Positions 48,001 through 57,700 of a stretch of 64,000 bases of DNA are shown here, piece by piece. The notes below the pieces were generated by a model, which saw only the letters and a program-made list of their open reading frames with translations, was not told the DNA's origin and did no database searches. The stretch is taken from NCBI GenBank assembly GCA_963796955.1, contig CAWCNJ010000006.1, positions 102,691-166,690 on the forward strand, given 5' to 3'. The position numbers and the translations under genes are program-made. The stretch is from Endomicrobiales bacterium (GTDB lineage Bacteria > Elusimicrobiota > Endomicrobiia > Endomicrobiales > JALOBY01). How positions within the stretch are numbered: position 1 is the stretch's first letter; each line of letters starts with the position of its first letter.

Positions 48001-51000
48001 CTATGATAACGACGGTTATCTAGACATTATAGGCGTAACCGCAACCGGCAGGGACGTGAGGGTTTTTCCCAATAACCGGAACGGCACTTTAAACGCGTCC
48101 CCGGTGATGATTCTTCCCGGTCTCAATGTAGATTTTTATGCGCTTTGTGCAGGGGATTATGATAATGATGGCAATGTAGATGTGGTAGTTACGGGCCATG
48201 ATTTGACCAGCGATAACGGTTGTCTCAGGCAATACCGCAGCCTGGGTAACGGAACCTTTGATCAGAAGCCTACAAACCTTCTTCCCGGATGGGGGCCGCG
48301 TGTTTCAGGTTCCCTTGCGTTGTCGGACTACAATAACGATGGCGCTCTTGATATTGCGGTTACGGGTTGTTACGATACGGGGTGGACACCCACCTGGTTC
48401 CGCATCTTCCAAAATATGGAAGCCCAACTTGGCAACGCCAACACCGCCCCGGTGCCGCCAACTATTTCCACCGCGACGTTTAGCTATAGCGCCACCAGAA
48501 GCACATTTACTGTTGCCTGGGCACCGGGATATTACGACGTAGGCCATTCCTCCAACTCGGTTTATTACAATGTGGAAGTCGCCACATATCCTACCACGCT
48601 GCAATCGGACAATAAACGCATCGTAAATTCAAACAAGTTTGTCCAGACTTGGGATTTCGGCAGCCCCAACCTTGGCAGTTACATTCGCCCCGCGGTTTCC
48701 ACCAGCTGGGCCGGTGTTAAAGGCACCCAGATGGTTGGTTATACGATCGCCCCTTCAACAAACAATTATTTGCTTAACGCCACCACCTTCTATTTCCGTG
48801 TGCAAACCATAGATTCAGGACTTATGCGCAGCACCTGGTCTGCTGAATATTCCTGCCTCGCCTCATCGTTTGTTGCTTCACCATCGGCAGGTATTATGAT
48901 CGTAGCAGGGGCAACGGCCAGCAACCGGAACGACTCTGCGGGGACAGCCCTGACTGCCATGTTTGCCCAAGGCGTTCCGGCGGGAGATCTTCTGGTCGCC
49001 GCTGTAGCATATGAAGGTAACGGTGCAATTACCGTTGCTGACGGTAAAGGTCAGACCTGGCAGCCGGCGGTCACGAGATATGATTCCGGTAATACTACAA
49101 CGTGGGCCATATATTACATCTACAACACGCAGGCGCTGTCTTCTACCGCTGAGAAAACCGTAACACTGACGACGGTGTCTGGAACAACGTACCGGTATAT
49201 GGTGATAACTGAGTTTTCTGGGGCTCAGGCGAGTTCTGACCCGCTTGATAAAACTACTTCCGGCAACCGGTCTTTTTCTACAGGGGCGAACGGAATATTC
49301 ACCGATGCCTCGCCTACCCCGTCGGTCAACGGTGAACTGTTATTTTGCAGTCTTATGCAGGATTCTAACACCCATGTACCGCAAACAGCCGGGACAGATT
49401 TTACGATGGTAACGAACGGTATTGTACCCAATGATAGTATCAGTTCCAACTATCATTTGCATACTGAATACTATGTACAGCCGACCGCTGCCGCTCATCT
49501 GGGAACGTATACCTGTTCAGGTTCAGACGCCGATACGTACGCTATAGCGATGGCTACGTTCAAGCCTGCAACAGCCGGCGATACTACTCCCCCTGCGGCG
49601 ATAACGAACATTTCAGCCGTTACCGGTCTCTCGGGCGGCAGTATAAATCTAACTTGGACTGCGCCCGGGGATGACGGCATTTCCGGCGCCATTTCCGGCG
49701 GCGCTTTCAAGATCCGCTACTCGTCCTATACCCCCACCTCTTGGACGGATGCCGCTTCCAACTGGACTGACTACCTGAATAAATACCAGATCACCTTGTC
49801 CACCAATGCCACACCGGGCGCCTGGCAGGCACGTACTCTTACGGGCTTAACCGAAGGTGTTACCTATTACATCCGCGCCTGGAGCCGCGACGAAGTTGGT
49901 GTAGACAGCACCAGCTGGAACGGCAACTGGTCGACGTTATCGAACGGGGCGACAGCCTGGGCAACGGTTTCGCCCAAGCCGTCCTGCATAACGGACCTTG
50001 TTGCGACAACTAACGTTGCCGCGAACGGCATAACCCTTACCTGGACCGCTCCCGGCGATAACGGTCAAACCGGCAGTCTTACGGCCGGCTCCGTATTCAA
50101 AATAGAGTACTCTACGGTGAACGTTATCAACGGCGCAGATTTTGCATTATTGCCCTCCACCATGGTGATCCAGAGCGTGACGATATCTACAACAACAACT
50201 GCCATGAGCCGGCAGAGCTATACCCTTCCTTCGTTGAGCAATAACACAAAATACTGGTGCGCCATAAAGACCTGCAATGCCGAAGGGGGATGGTCGGTGT
50301 GGCAATCATCCGCAGATGTCGCGGCGTATAACATGCTTGCCGCCACGGTCTGTGTAAACGGGCCGAATAGCCCCCCGAACGCGCCGGCGAACCTGGTGCA
50401 ATACGACGGCTCTTTTGTAAATCTCTCGTCGTTCACCTGGACGAATTCAAGCACGATCATCTCATCGTTCACGCTTACCGACCCTGACGCAGGCCAGCAG
50501 GTGAAATACCGTTTACAGATCACCACTGTTTCCAGTAACGGCCTTGCCATCTGGACGAACGGGTATTTTATAGACTATACCTCGCCGCTTTTGAATCAGG
50601 GCACCACCACTTATTACTGGCCCACGCTGACGGCCGGTAAGTTCTACTGGTGGCGCGTCTGGGCGATAGATGCGGCAAATGCAACATCTTCCACTTCGAC
50701 CGTGCTCAGCTCGGGTGGCCCGGCGGTGGTTGCCTGGAATACGCCCTTCGACCCGAAGTACCGGGAACCCATGCCGGGTGACGGTATCGGCGGCGGCGGC
50801 TCCAGTCTTGCCTGGGGCGACTTCGACGGCGACGGGTATCAGGATCTTGCCATACTTGGCAACAGCAATAGCAGCGGTGACATAACCAAAGTGTTTCCCG
50901 GCAAGAGCGACGGTACATTCAACGCGGCGGTAACCTTGCCTTCGGGGCAAACGTTCAGCTCTGGCGGTGTGGCCTGGGGAGATTTTAACAACGACGGTTT

Positions 51001-51529
51001 GCTTGACCTGGCCATTGCCGGCAAGAATAGTACTACGGGTAATGGCTCAGTGCGCGTGTACCGAAATACCGGAGGCGCCTTCAGCGCCACATTTGTGTCG
51101 CCGGAAACCGTGGGATACAGCTTCTCCAATCTGGCCTGGGGCGACTATGACAATGACGGCTGCCTCGACCTGGTCGTAGCGGGGTGGACCGATAGCTATG
51201 CAATCGTGTCGCGGGTATATCACAATAATGGCAATGCCGGGTTCACCGTCGCCTACAATAATAACTTTGGAGTCGCCTCTACTGATGTCGGTTCTGTGCC
51301 CCCTCGCTTCAGTGGCTGGATGTTGAAAATGATGGCGATCTGGATCTCGCGATGGCCGGCAACGCGGGCGGCACCTACAGTATGTCAATATACCGCAACC
51401 AGAACAGTACCTTTGCGTTCGGCTCGGCCCCGGTCTTCGAATACGACCCTGTCTCCGCCGCCGCCTGGGGCGATTTTAACAACGACGGTTTTATGGATTT
51501 CGCGGGCGTTGACTCTAATTCCCGGGTAG
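42068..51529 (+). CDS. giant FG-GAP/VCBS + FN3-like repeat surface protein, gene B, N-terminal fragment (frame lost at 51295/51296)
   Basis: 3153-aa ORF. The likely true start is ATG 42098, with GGAGA 5 nt upstream (MVVRLCLRTVNSKSATLAIIFAVAALLFLPSVSMA|TS). It has three complete supermodules, a unique 235-aa insert and part of a fourth propeller. The last ~78 codons (VPPRFSGWMLKMM...) are out of frame. Confidence 0.9.
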   Translation: MYHYFRMENVMVVRLCLRTVNSKSATLAIIFAVAALLFLPSVSMATSAPTNVMQRVSGSVTLSSFSWTSSSLIVSSFTLPGSSSYCIQATSATVNDQPDWTKLLWGTKRSSVLNAGTTWYNWPALTSPGIYWWRIWAESAGVASSTITVLSAGGPAAFAYKTDVDPRGIDVSSGLGVDFGEGNGVFGGLALGDYDNNGTLDLAVAGYTGSQTICRVYKGNGDGTFNQAFVEPITGWGSDNGSINWGDYNNDGSLDLLVNGNGSDGPVHLYVFKNNGDGTFNSTPIEPKPGWGLHYGNAQWGDYNNDGYLDIVTEGQDYPAYQNRFYLFTNLGNGSFNPVPIDPDPSDASGYSTAGFFDYNNDGYLDICMTGTGSWDNRIYKNNGDGTFTNSGNDVPWPYGGGYTYGDYDNDGNVDVCLPDGIWQNNGNGTFSGGVQFGGNEGTPALADMNNDGKLDVVVVGSYQGNFLKLIANNGGSNFTATDLSPATTGQNFSYIVLGDLDGDGDADIVVAGQKNDGSNARFLSVYKNKNYEMGNTNTAPQPPAGLTALFSYNVNSASITLCWTPAQYDVGHSSYSIYYNVEMATAPTTLTGSNMRVSGANGYKIPWDYPSDQGNYIRPAVKQRAGLSQITQGSSYQVPYGNLQANATYYFRVQTIDAGLMRSTWSAERSICAAAPLPPNTPSGLMQCLVGGATVSSYGWVGKAGDVIFSSFTLTDPNGSSPVKYRIQITSVTAAGIAPVWNQGIAVDYTSGWLPQGATTYYWPGLPVGLYWWQVYCINGSSVASSVATTLADGNNPVLSYKTNFDPTGIDLVPGLGVNSGFVSLGDFDNNGTLDMAVIGYTGSSYISKVYKNNGDGSFNQIAVAPSNSVGVNGSAAWGDYNNDGDLDLAVSGYDGGSPRLRIYKNSGLGTFNSSLDLISGGGLGSSGDQGVIAWGDFNNDGYLDLAGAGTDGSAERFYVFMNNGNGSFNTTPVQPDPGWGVDNWWGGICTVDCNNDGNLDIAVAGTSDGFAGYARIYKGNGNGKFNSAFTTPDAGYNGGDQGYASMTFGDYNLDGNLDAAVGGVAGFRVDKGNGDATFTDTTLQPDGAGWFGSADGGAVIAWADINNDGKPDMVIGGLQNGNGGKFRLELNNGNGTFTSSDIQPGWNSFCNVALGDLDNDGDADAVVSNQNGNDSGHYYLKAFFNKTHEMGIATNAPVPPGSLTYQSSYAITGSTVMITWPAAQYDATASSRTLSFQVEISTAQTTLASNKKLISAPSSAGAFINTWASEGDDYGTFYRPAAKVWGTDPSPKFGIQLNLSTATIQGGTSYYYRIQTIDGSLLRSTWSVEGTLYMPMGTAPAAITNLTALKGNSGGELKLNWTSPGADGTANNIYGGVFKIRYSTYTIASAGFWTDAASNWTDPLNKYQITIPTNSTPSTTQSTTLVGLTPGGTYYVRAWVRDEVGVDSTSWNGNWSALSNAATAYAMTATTPQVISDLVATNNAALGAVNLAWTAPGGNGQTGDLNAGSAFKIKYSTVNVITTDNFTTMQSTMAIQSITISTVATAMSRQSYNVGGLTNGKKYWFAIETENSQAAWSTWYSSATGDGHTTYSILASTICSYTNHAPTISSLEQLNGSMVSMTSFTWINSGAIISSFTIIDTDLGQQVRFNIQITSITTNDAADWTSIFASTRSALTSQGTLNYTWPALNPNVYYWWRAWAEDQFGLTSATSTALVSDGAAVIAYKTPYDPHFIEPTPGWGVGYWGGGTAWGDFNGDGNQDIAVTGCGFWGGNDYLRVYLNNGDGTFSSSYIEPQIGVGFRSGAVAWGDFDNDGDLDLAATGSVDGDVTGILRVYRNNGNGASFSTTYTDAPGWGGFYSSVAWGDYDNDGNLDVAVTGTLDGTAANGRFRIYHNTGNGTFDTNYLQPTANWGVTYSNTTPRIGWADYENDGDLDIAVCGTDISSTNVLRVYKNNGDGTFASSPALLVNDVIDFTWSDYDNDGYLDIIGVTATGRDVRVFPNNRNGTLNASPVMILPGLNVDFYALCAGDYDNDGNVDVVVTGHDLTSDNGCLRQYRSLGNGTFDQKPTNLLPGWGPRVSGSLALSDYNNDGALDIAVTGCYDTGWTPTWFRIFQNMEAQLGNANTAPVPPTISTATFSYSATRSTFTVAWAPGYYDVGHSSNSVYYNVEVATYPTTLQSDNKRIVNSNKFVQTWDFGSPNLGSYIRPAVSTSWAGVKGTQMVGYTIAPSTNNYLLNATTFYFRVQTIDSGLMRSTWSAEYSCLASSFVASPSAGIMIVAGATASNRNDSAGTALTAMFAQGVPAGDLLVAAVAYEGNGAITVADGKGQTWQPAVTRYDSGNTTTWAIYYIYNTQALSSTAEKTVTLTTVSGTTYRYMVITEFSGAQASSDPLDKTTSGNRSFSTGANGIFTDASPTPSVNGELLFCSLMQDSNTHVPQTAGTDFTMVTNGIVPNDSISSNYHLHTEYYVQPTAAAHLGTYTCSGSDADTYAIAMATFKPATAGDTTPPAAITNISAVTGLSGGSINLTWTAPGDDGISGAISGGAFKIRYSSYTPTSWTDAASNWTDYLNKYQITLSTNATPGAWQARTLTGLTEGVTYYIRAWSRDEVGVDSTSWNGNWSTLSNGATAWATVSPKPSCITDLVATTNVAANGITLTWTAPGDNGQTGSLTAGSVFKIEYSTVNVINGADFALLPSTMVIQSVTISTTTTAMSRQSYTLPSLSNNTKYWCAIKTCNAEGGWSVWQSSADVAAYNMLAATVCVNGPNSPPNAPANLVQYDGSFVNLSSFTWTNSSTIISSFTLTDPDAGQQVKYRLQITTVSSNGLAIWTNGYFIDYTSPLLNQGTTTYYWPTLTAGKFYWWRVWAIDAANATSSTSTVLSSGGPAVVAWNTPFDPKYREPMPGDGIGGGGSSLAWGDFDGDGYQDLAILGNSNSSGDITKVFPGKSDGTFNAAVTLPSGQTFSSGGVAWGDFNNDGLLDLAIAGKNSTTGNGSVRVYRNTGGAFSATFVSPETVGYSFSNLAWGDYDNDGCLDLVVAGWTDSYAIVSRVYHNNGNAGFTVAYNNNFGVASTDVGSVPPRFSGWMLKMMAIWISRWPATRAAPTVCQYTATRTVPLRSARPRSSNTTLSPPPPGAILTTTVLWISRALTLIPG
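42530..43660 (+). repeat. FG-GAP/VCBS beta-propeller B1
   Basis: Runs from LALGDYDNNGTLDLAV to IVLGDLDGDGDADIVV. Ends at YKNKNYEMGNTNT. Confidence 0.8.
44455..45635 (+). repeat. FG-GAP/VCBS beta-propeller B2
   Basis: Runs from VSLGDFDNNGTLDMAV to VALGDLDNDGDADAVV. Ends at FNKTHEMGIATNA. Confidence 0.8.
47227..48415 (+). repeat. FG-GAP/VCBS beta-propeller B3
   Basis: Runs from TAWGDFNGDGNQDIAV to LALSDYNNDGALDIAV. Ends at FQNMEAQLGNANT. Confidence 0.8.
48868..49580 (+). other. unique ~235-aa insert domain of unknown function in gene B
   Basis: FVASPSAGIMIVAGATASNRNDSAGTALTAMFAQGVPAGDLLVAAVAYEGNGAITVADGKGQTWQPAV...YAIAMATFKPATAG. It has no FG-GAP or FN3 landmarks and no second copy in the window. 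It lies between a QYD module and an FN3-D module. Confidence 0.6.
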
Positions 51530-51743
51530 CTGTTTTCCTCAACACCGGTAATTTCACCTTCAATACCGTGTCTCCCATTGTACTGACATCCACTATCAAC
51601 AATTTCACGAACGTCGCCGCGGGTGACGTTGATAATGACGGCCTCTCGGACGTATTTGTCGCCGGCAGCACCGGCACGGCATTGTATTACAATCGTAATG
51701 GAAGTTTTGTAAATCAACCCACCTTTCCATTCTGGCCGCTGTA
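50714..51743 (+). repeat. 1,030-bp tract near-identical to 5682..6712 in gene A
   Basis: See 5682..6712. This copy carries the 1-nt deletion that breaks gene B. Confidence 0.9.
51295..51296 (+). other. frameshift site 2 (one T missing relative to the gene A copy)
   Basis: Gene A reads ggt tct tgt gcc ccc tcg ctt cag tgg ctg gat (6258-6290). Gene B reads ggt tct gtg ccc cct cgc ttc. Restoring the T gives GSCAPSLQWLDVENDGDLDLAMAG and runs straight into ORF 51352..61947. Confidence 0.9.
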
Positions 51744-54700
51744 CGCAGACGAAAGCATTGCCCTTGCCGATTATAACGCCGACGGCGCTTTGGATGCCGC
51801 CTTTGCCGGCGGCGATCTTCTCGGTGCCGACTACTTCAGGGTTTTTAACGGCAAGCAGACGAATACCGCGCCGGTCCCTCCCAGCCCCAGCGTTACGCTT
51901 ACCTATAGCGGGGCGGCGGTCAACCGCAGTACCTTTACCGTTACCTGGCCGCCCTCTCAGTATGATACGGGCAATTCTTCCAACTCGCTCTATTACCAGG
52001 TTGAGGTTTCCACTTTCCCGACCGCGCTTTCCGGCGATGCCCTGCGCATAACGACGGGAGGGAGGTACCAGAATCCGTGGAATTTCGGCACGCCCGGCCT
52101 GGGTGGTTTTGTGCGTCCGGCGGTTTCCACTAGCTGGGCCGGCGTAACGGGCAGCCAGATGCAGGGGTTCATGTTCAGCCCCTCAACGGCGACGCTGGCG
52201 GCGAGTACCAGTTTCTACTTCCGCGTGCAGACGATAGACGCGGGCCTTAAGCGCAGTACCTGGTCGGCGGAGTATATGTGCGTTATTGCCACCTACGCGC
52301 CGTCCGGCGTTACCGACCTGACTGCTACTACTAATATCGGCATAAATGGAATATCACTGGCCTGGACGGCGCCGGGCGACCACGCGCTTTCCGGGAATCT
52401 TACCAGCGGCTCGCAGTTCAAGATAGAGTACTCATCCGTCGGAATAATCAATACGGCAAATTTCGACTCTCCGCCCGCGAACCTCGCGGCAACCGCTATC
52501 TACATCTCCACCGTTACTACGGCGCGCAGCCGCCAGAGTTGGAGCGTGCCGAACCTGCAGAACAATACGGTCTACTGGTTCGCCGTTAAAACCGAGAATA
52601 GCGCGGGCCTGTGGTCGGTGTGGCAGTCGTCCGCGGACGTGGCAACATACAACCTGCAAGCCAGCACCCGCTGTGTTGCTGTTAACCATGCCCCGAACGC
52701 GCCGGCGAACCTGGTGCAATACGATGGCTCTTTTGTAAGCCTCTCGTCGTTCACCTGGACGAATTCAAGCACGATCATTTCATCCTTCACTCTTACCGAC
52801 CCGGATGCAGGCCAGCAGGTGAAATACTGTTTGCAGATCACCACCGTTTCCAGCGCCGGTCTTGCCACTTGGACGAGCGGCTATTTTTGGAATTATACTT
52901 CCCCGCTTTTGAACCAGGGCACAACCACGTATTACTGGCCCACACTGACGGCCGGTAAGTTCTACTGGTGGCGCGTCTGGGCGATAGACGCGGCAAATGC
53001 GACATCTTCCACTTCTACCGCCCTCAGTTCGGGCGGGGCCGCAGTATTAACCTATAAAACCGATTTCGACCCTAATGGAATACGCATTGTACCCGGCCTC
53101 GGTTTATACGGAAATGACGTTTATAGCCAGCTTGCCCTTGGTGACTTTGACAACAACGGCACCCTTGACCTTGCTGTTACTGGTGAGGATATTAATTCGC
53201 TTTTTGATTTTAGAGTATACTCAGGCAATGGCGATGGAACATTCAACTTCTTGCCTGCACTGCGTAATGATGGTACCTATTTCGCATCGTTGGCATGGGG
53301 TGATTACAATAATGACGGCGATCTGGATATCGCGCTCAGTGCGGGTAACATAGAAAACACCATAGGACTGTATGTTTACCGTAACAAGGGAAACGGCACA
53401 TTTGATACTACGCCGCTGCAGCCTGCCGGAGCCGGTGTCGGTATAGGCGGCGGGCTTGCCTGGGGAGATTTTAACAACGACGGCTTTTTAGATCTTGCTG
53501 CCTCCGGGTGGATAAATGCAACGACTGAAAAATTCTACATTTACAAAAACAATTGCAACGGCAGCTTCAATACAACCCCCGTTCAGCCTGACAGCGCAAT
53601 GCTATTTGGCGGCTACGAAGGTTCGCCCATCAGCTGCGCGGACTTTAACAATGACGGTCTTTTGGATATAAGTGTGTGTGCGGATTATTGGCAGTCCAGG
53701 CTTTACAAGAATGACGGTGACGGCACATTTACGATAACGAACGTCGGCGTTACGGATGTACCGTACGGCCAGGCCTACGCGTTTGGCGATTATGATAATG
53801 ACGGCAGCCTGGACATCGCATCTCCCGGCGGAGTATATCAGAACAACGGTGCCGGATCATTTTCAATGGGGCCAGCCCTTCCGTCTAATGGCGACTATTA
53901 CTGCCCTTCAAGCTGGGCGGATTTTAATAATGATGGTAAGCTGGATCTTGTTGAAAGCGGCGGGTTCGATTATGAATATTTGATCGAGCTGACAAACAAC
54001 GGCAGTAGTGGTTTTTCCGGGACTGAAATAATGCCTGGTTTCGGGCTCGGCGATGCGTCATTAGCTGTCGGGGATGTGGATAACGATGGCGATACCGATA
54101 TTATTGCCAGTGGCGGTAACGGCGCTGCCAATTTGCTTTTGTTCAAGAATAAAAACAGTGAGATGGGCAATGCCAACATCGCTCCAGTGCCGCCGTCAGG
54201 CTTGTCATACCAGTCTTCATATTTCATATCAAATTCAACCGTCATTATAACCTGGCCTGCCGCCCAATATGATACCGGCATGTCATCGCGCACATTGTCC
54301 TTTCAGGTGGTTATCGCTTCCGCCCCCATGATGCTTGCCTCTAACCAGTCGCTGATAACATCGCCGGGGGCTTTTATAACCACCTGGGCGGCCGAGGCAG
54401 ACGGTTTCGGCACCTTTAACCGCCCCGTGGCAAAGATCTGGGGCTCGGATATATCGCCCAAGTTCGGTTATCAGCTGAATTTAACCACAGCATCTATTAC
54501 CGGCGACACGTCGTACTACTACCGCGTGCAGACGATAGACGGAGACCTCAAGCGCAGTACCTGGTCTGCGGAAAGTAAGTTGTATATACCCATGGGGCCT
54601 GCGCCGGCAGCCATTACGAACCTTACAGCGCTTACCGGCGCTTCCGGCGGAGAAATAAAGCTGAGCTGGACGTTCCCTGGCGCGGACGGCACAGCGAACA

Positions 54701-57700
54701 ACCTAGTCGGCGGCGTATTTAAGATACGCTACTCATCCTACACTACCGGGTCAGCCGGGTTCTGGACCGATGCGGCCTCTAACTGGGTCGATCAGGTCAA
54801 TAAATATCAGGTAACCATAGCAACGAATGCCACATTGAGCAAAACGCAATCAGCCACGCTGGTCGGTTTAACTCCCGGCGTAACGTATTATGCCCGCGCC
54901 TGGACCCGCGACGAGGTTGGCGTTGACAGTACCAGCTGGAACGGTAACTGGTCGGCGTTGTCTAACGGCGCGACCGCCTGGGCGATGACGGCAACATCAC
55001 CGCAGGTAGTAAGCGACCTGGTGGCTACGAACAACAGCGCGATAGGCGCCGTTAAGCTTACCTGGACGGCCCCCGGCGGCAACGGGCAGACCGGCGACCT
55101 GAACGCAGGTTCCGCCTTTAAGATAGAATATTCGACGGTCAATGTCATCACCACCAATAACTTTACCGCAATGCAGTCCACCATGGCTATCCAGAGCATA
55201 ACTATTTCCACGGTTACCAGGGCCATGACCACGCAAACCTATAACGTCGGCGGTCTGACGAACAATAAGCAATACTGGTTTGCGATCGAGACGGAAAACT
55301 CCCAGGGCAACTGGTCTACATGGTATTCCTCCGCCACGGGAGACACACACACTACCTACAATATACTCGCAAGCACCGTTTGTTCCTTCGCCAATCATCA
55401 GCCCGCTATATCCAATCTGGAACAGTTGAATGGCTCACTGGTCTCCATGACTTCGTTTACCTGGACGAACTCCGGCACGCTTATGTCGTCTTTCACGATC
55501 AGCGATGCTGATTACGGCCAGCAGGTGCGGTTTGTTGTACAAATAACTTCCGCCACTAACAACGCCGGCGCCGCTAACTGGGCAACGCTATTCCAAACCG
55601 CCCGCTCAGGCCTGATTCCTCAGGGAACAACGACGTATATTTGGCCCGCATTGAACCCGAACGCATTCTACTGGTGGCGGGCGTGGGCGGAAGATTCGTA
55701 CGGGTTATCCTCCACCACATCAACGGCGCTCGTCAGCGGCGGCTCGGCCGTGCTCGCCTACAAAACACCGTTCAATCCGGCTTTTATAGAGCCGCAGCCC
55801 GGCTGGGGAATTGGTTGGCATGGCCCGGCCGTTTCATGGGGAGATTTCAACGGTGACGGTTATCAAGACCTTGCCATCGGCGGTAACGATAGCAACAATC
55901 AGTATATGAGGGTGTACATGAACAACGGCGCGGGGGGCTTTAATTCTTATGTGGAGCCGCAGCCCGGCCACGGTGTGCGTCTGGGGGAGATGCAGTGGGG
56001 AGACTTTAATAACGACGGAAAACTGGACCTGGCCGTTACCGGTTACGATGGTGATCCAGGACTTTGCCGGGTTTATATAAACGCAGGCAACGGCACATTC
56101 AGTGCAAGTTATGTGGACGCAACCTCGGGCTGGGGAAGGTATTACGGCAACCTTGCCATGGGAGATTATAACAACGACGGCAACCTGGACCTGGCCGTTA
56201 TCGGTACCGCCGACATAAACCCGCTGCGCGTTTTCAGGATATACCGTAATAAAGGCGACGGCACCTTTGATACCAATTTTGTCTCGCCGCAATCAGGCTG
56301 GGGTATCAGCGGTGATGACAGTAACAGCACGGATTATACCCGTGTGGCCTGGGGTGACTTTGAGAACGACGGCGACCTGGATATAGCCACTTGCGGTATT
56401 GATACCAACAACACGCAGGTTATGCGCGTTTACAAAAATAACGGGGACGGTTCCTTTAATTCGACTGCGGCTTTGATAACGAACACCGTCTATGATCTGG
56501 CCTGGGGCGATTACGATAACGACGGCTTTCTGGATGTTATTGCCGCATCGGCAACGACCATCTGCGCCTTCCGAAATAACGGCAACGGCACATTGAACGC
56601 AACGCCGGTAAATATACTGGGGAATCTTAACATTGCCAACACCAGGATATCCCTGGGAGATTATGATAACGACGGCAATATCGATATAGCTGCTACCGGC
56701 CAGGATATCGCGTCGGGTCAAGGTATGCTGCGGTTTTACCACAGCCTCGGCAACGGTAACTTCGATCAGTCCCCTGTGAATATACTGCCAGGGTGGGGAA
56801 TGTACCAATGCGGGGCGATGGCGCTGGCGGATTATGACAATGACGGAGGTATTGATATCGCTGTAGCCGGCCAGGGAAGCGGAACGGCCACCGATTGTTA
56901 TCTGCGCGTCTTCAATGATATGCAGGCACAGCTCGGGAACGCAAATACTGCGCCGACGGCGCCGGCCATATCCAGTATGACCTTCAGCTACAGTGCGCCA
57001 CAGAGCACTTTCACTATAACCTGGCTGCCCGGCCAGTACGATGTAAGCCATTCATCCAATTCAGTTTATTATGAGCTGGCAGTTTCAACATTTTCCACAA
57101 GCCTTTCTGCCGACAGTAAACGGCTTACGACTGGCGGCTGCTACCAGTCTCCCTGGAATTTCGGAACCCCGAACCTGGGCAGTTTCATCCGTCCCGCTGT
57201 CTCCACCAACTGGGCAGGCGTTAAGGGCACCCAGATGGTTGGCTATACCATTACGCCCTCAACAAATGATTATCTGCTGAACGCCACAACGTTCTATTTC
57301 CGAGTTCAGACCATAGACTCGGGACTAACGCGCAGCGCCTGGTCTTCGGAATATACCTGTCTTGCGTCGTCTTACGTCGCCCTTCCGGGAACGCCCGCCG
57401 GGATAACCGACTTGACCGCGGCAAACAATTCTTCCATCAGCGGGATCTCACTGGTCTGGACCGCCACCGGCGATAGCGGTCAGAGCGGTAATCTTACCAG
57501 CGGTTCTGTGTTTAAAGTTGAATATTCCACGGTAGGGATATTGACCACCGGCAATTTTGATTCGCCGCCGGCCGGTCTTGCGGTAACGACGGTAAATATC
57601 TCAACGACCGCGACCGCTATGAGCCGGCAAAGCTACAACCTGCCCGGATTGCTTACCAACACGACGTATTGGTTCGCTATCAAGACCGAGAACGGCGAAG

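Larger units (their letters stand above)
50714..51855 (+). repeat. 7-bladed FG-GAP/VCBS beta-propeller B4 (near-identical to A1; contains frameshift 2)
   Basis: Same seven blades as A1 once the frame is restored. Ends at FNGKQTNTAPVPP. Confidence 0.85.

Noticed and set aside
51296-51529. C-terminal 78 aa of ORF 42068..51529 (VPPRFSGWMLKMMAIWISRWPATRAAP...) as genuine protein sequence
   Set aside because: It is the out-of-frame reading of a segment whose in-frame translation is identical to gene A blades 4-5. The same out-of-frame peptide appears as shadow ORF 6166..6498 in gene A.
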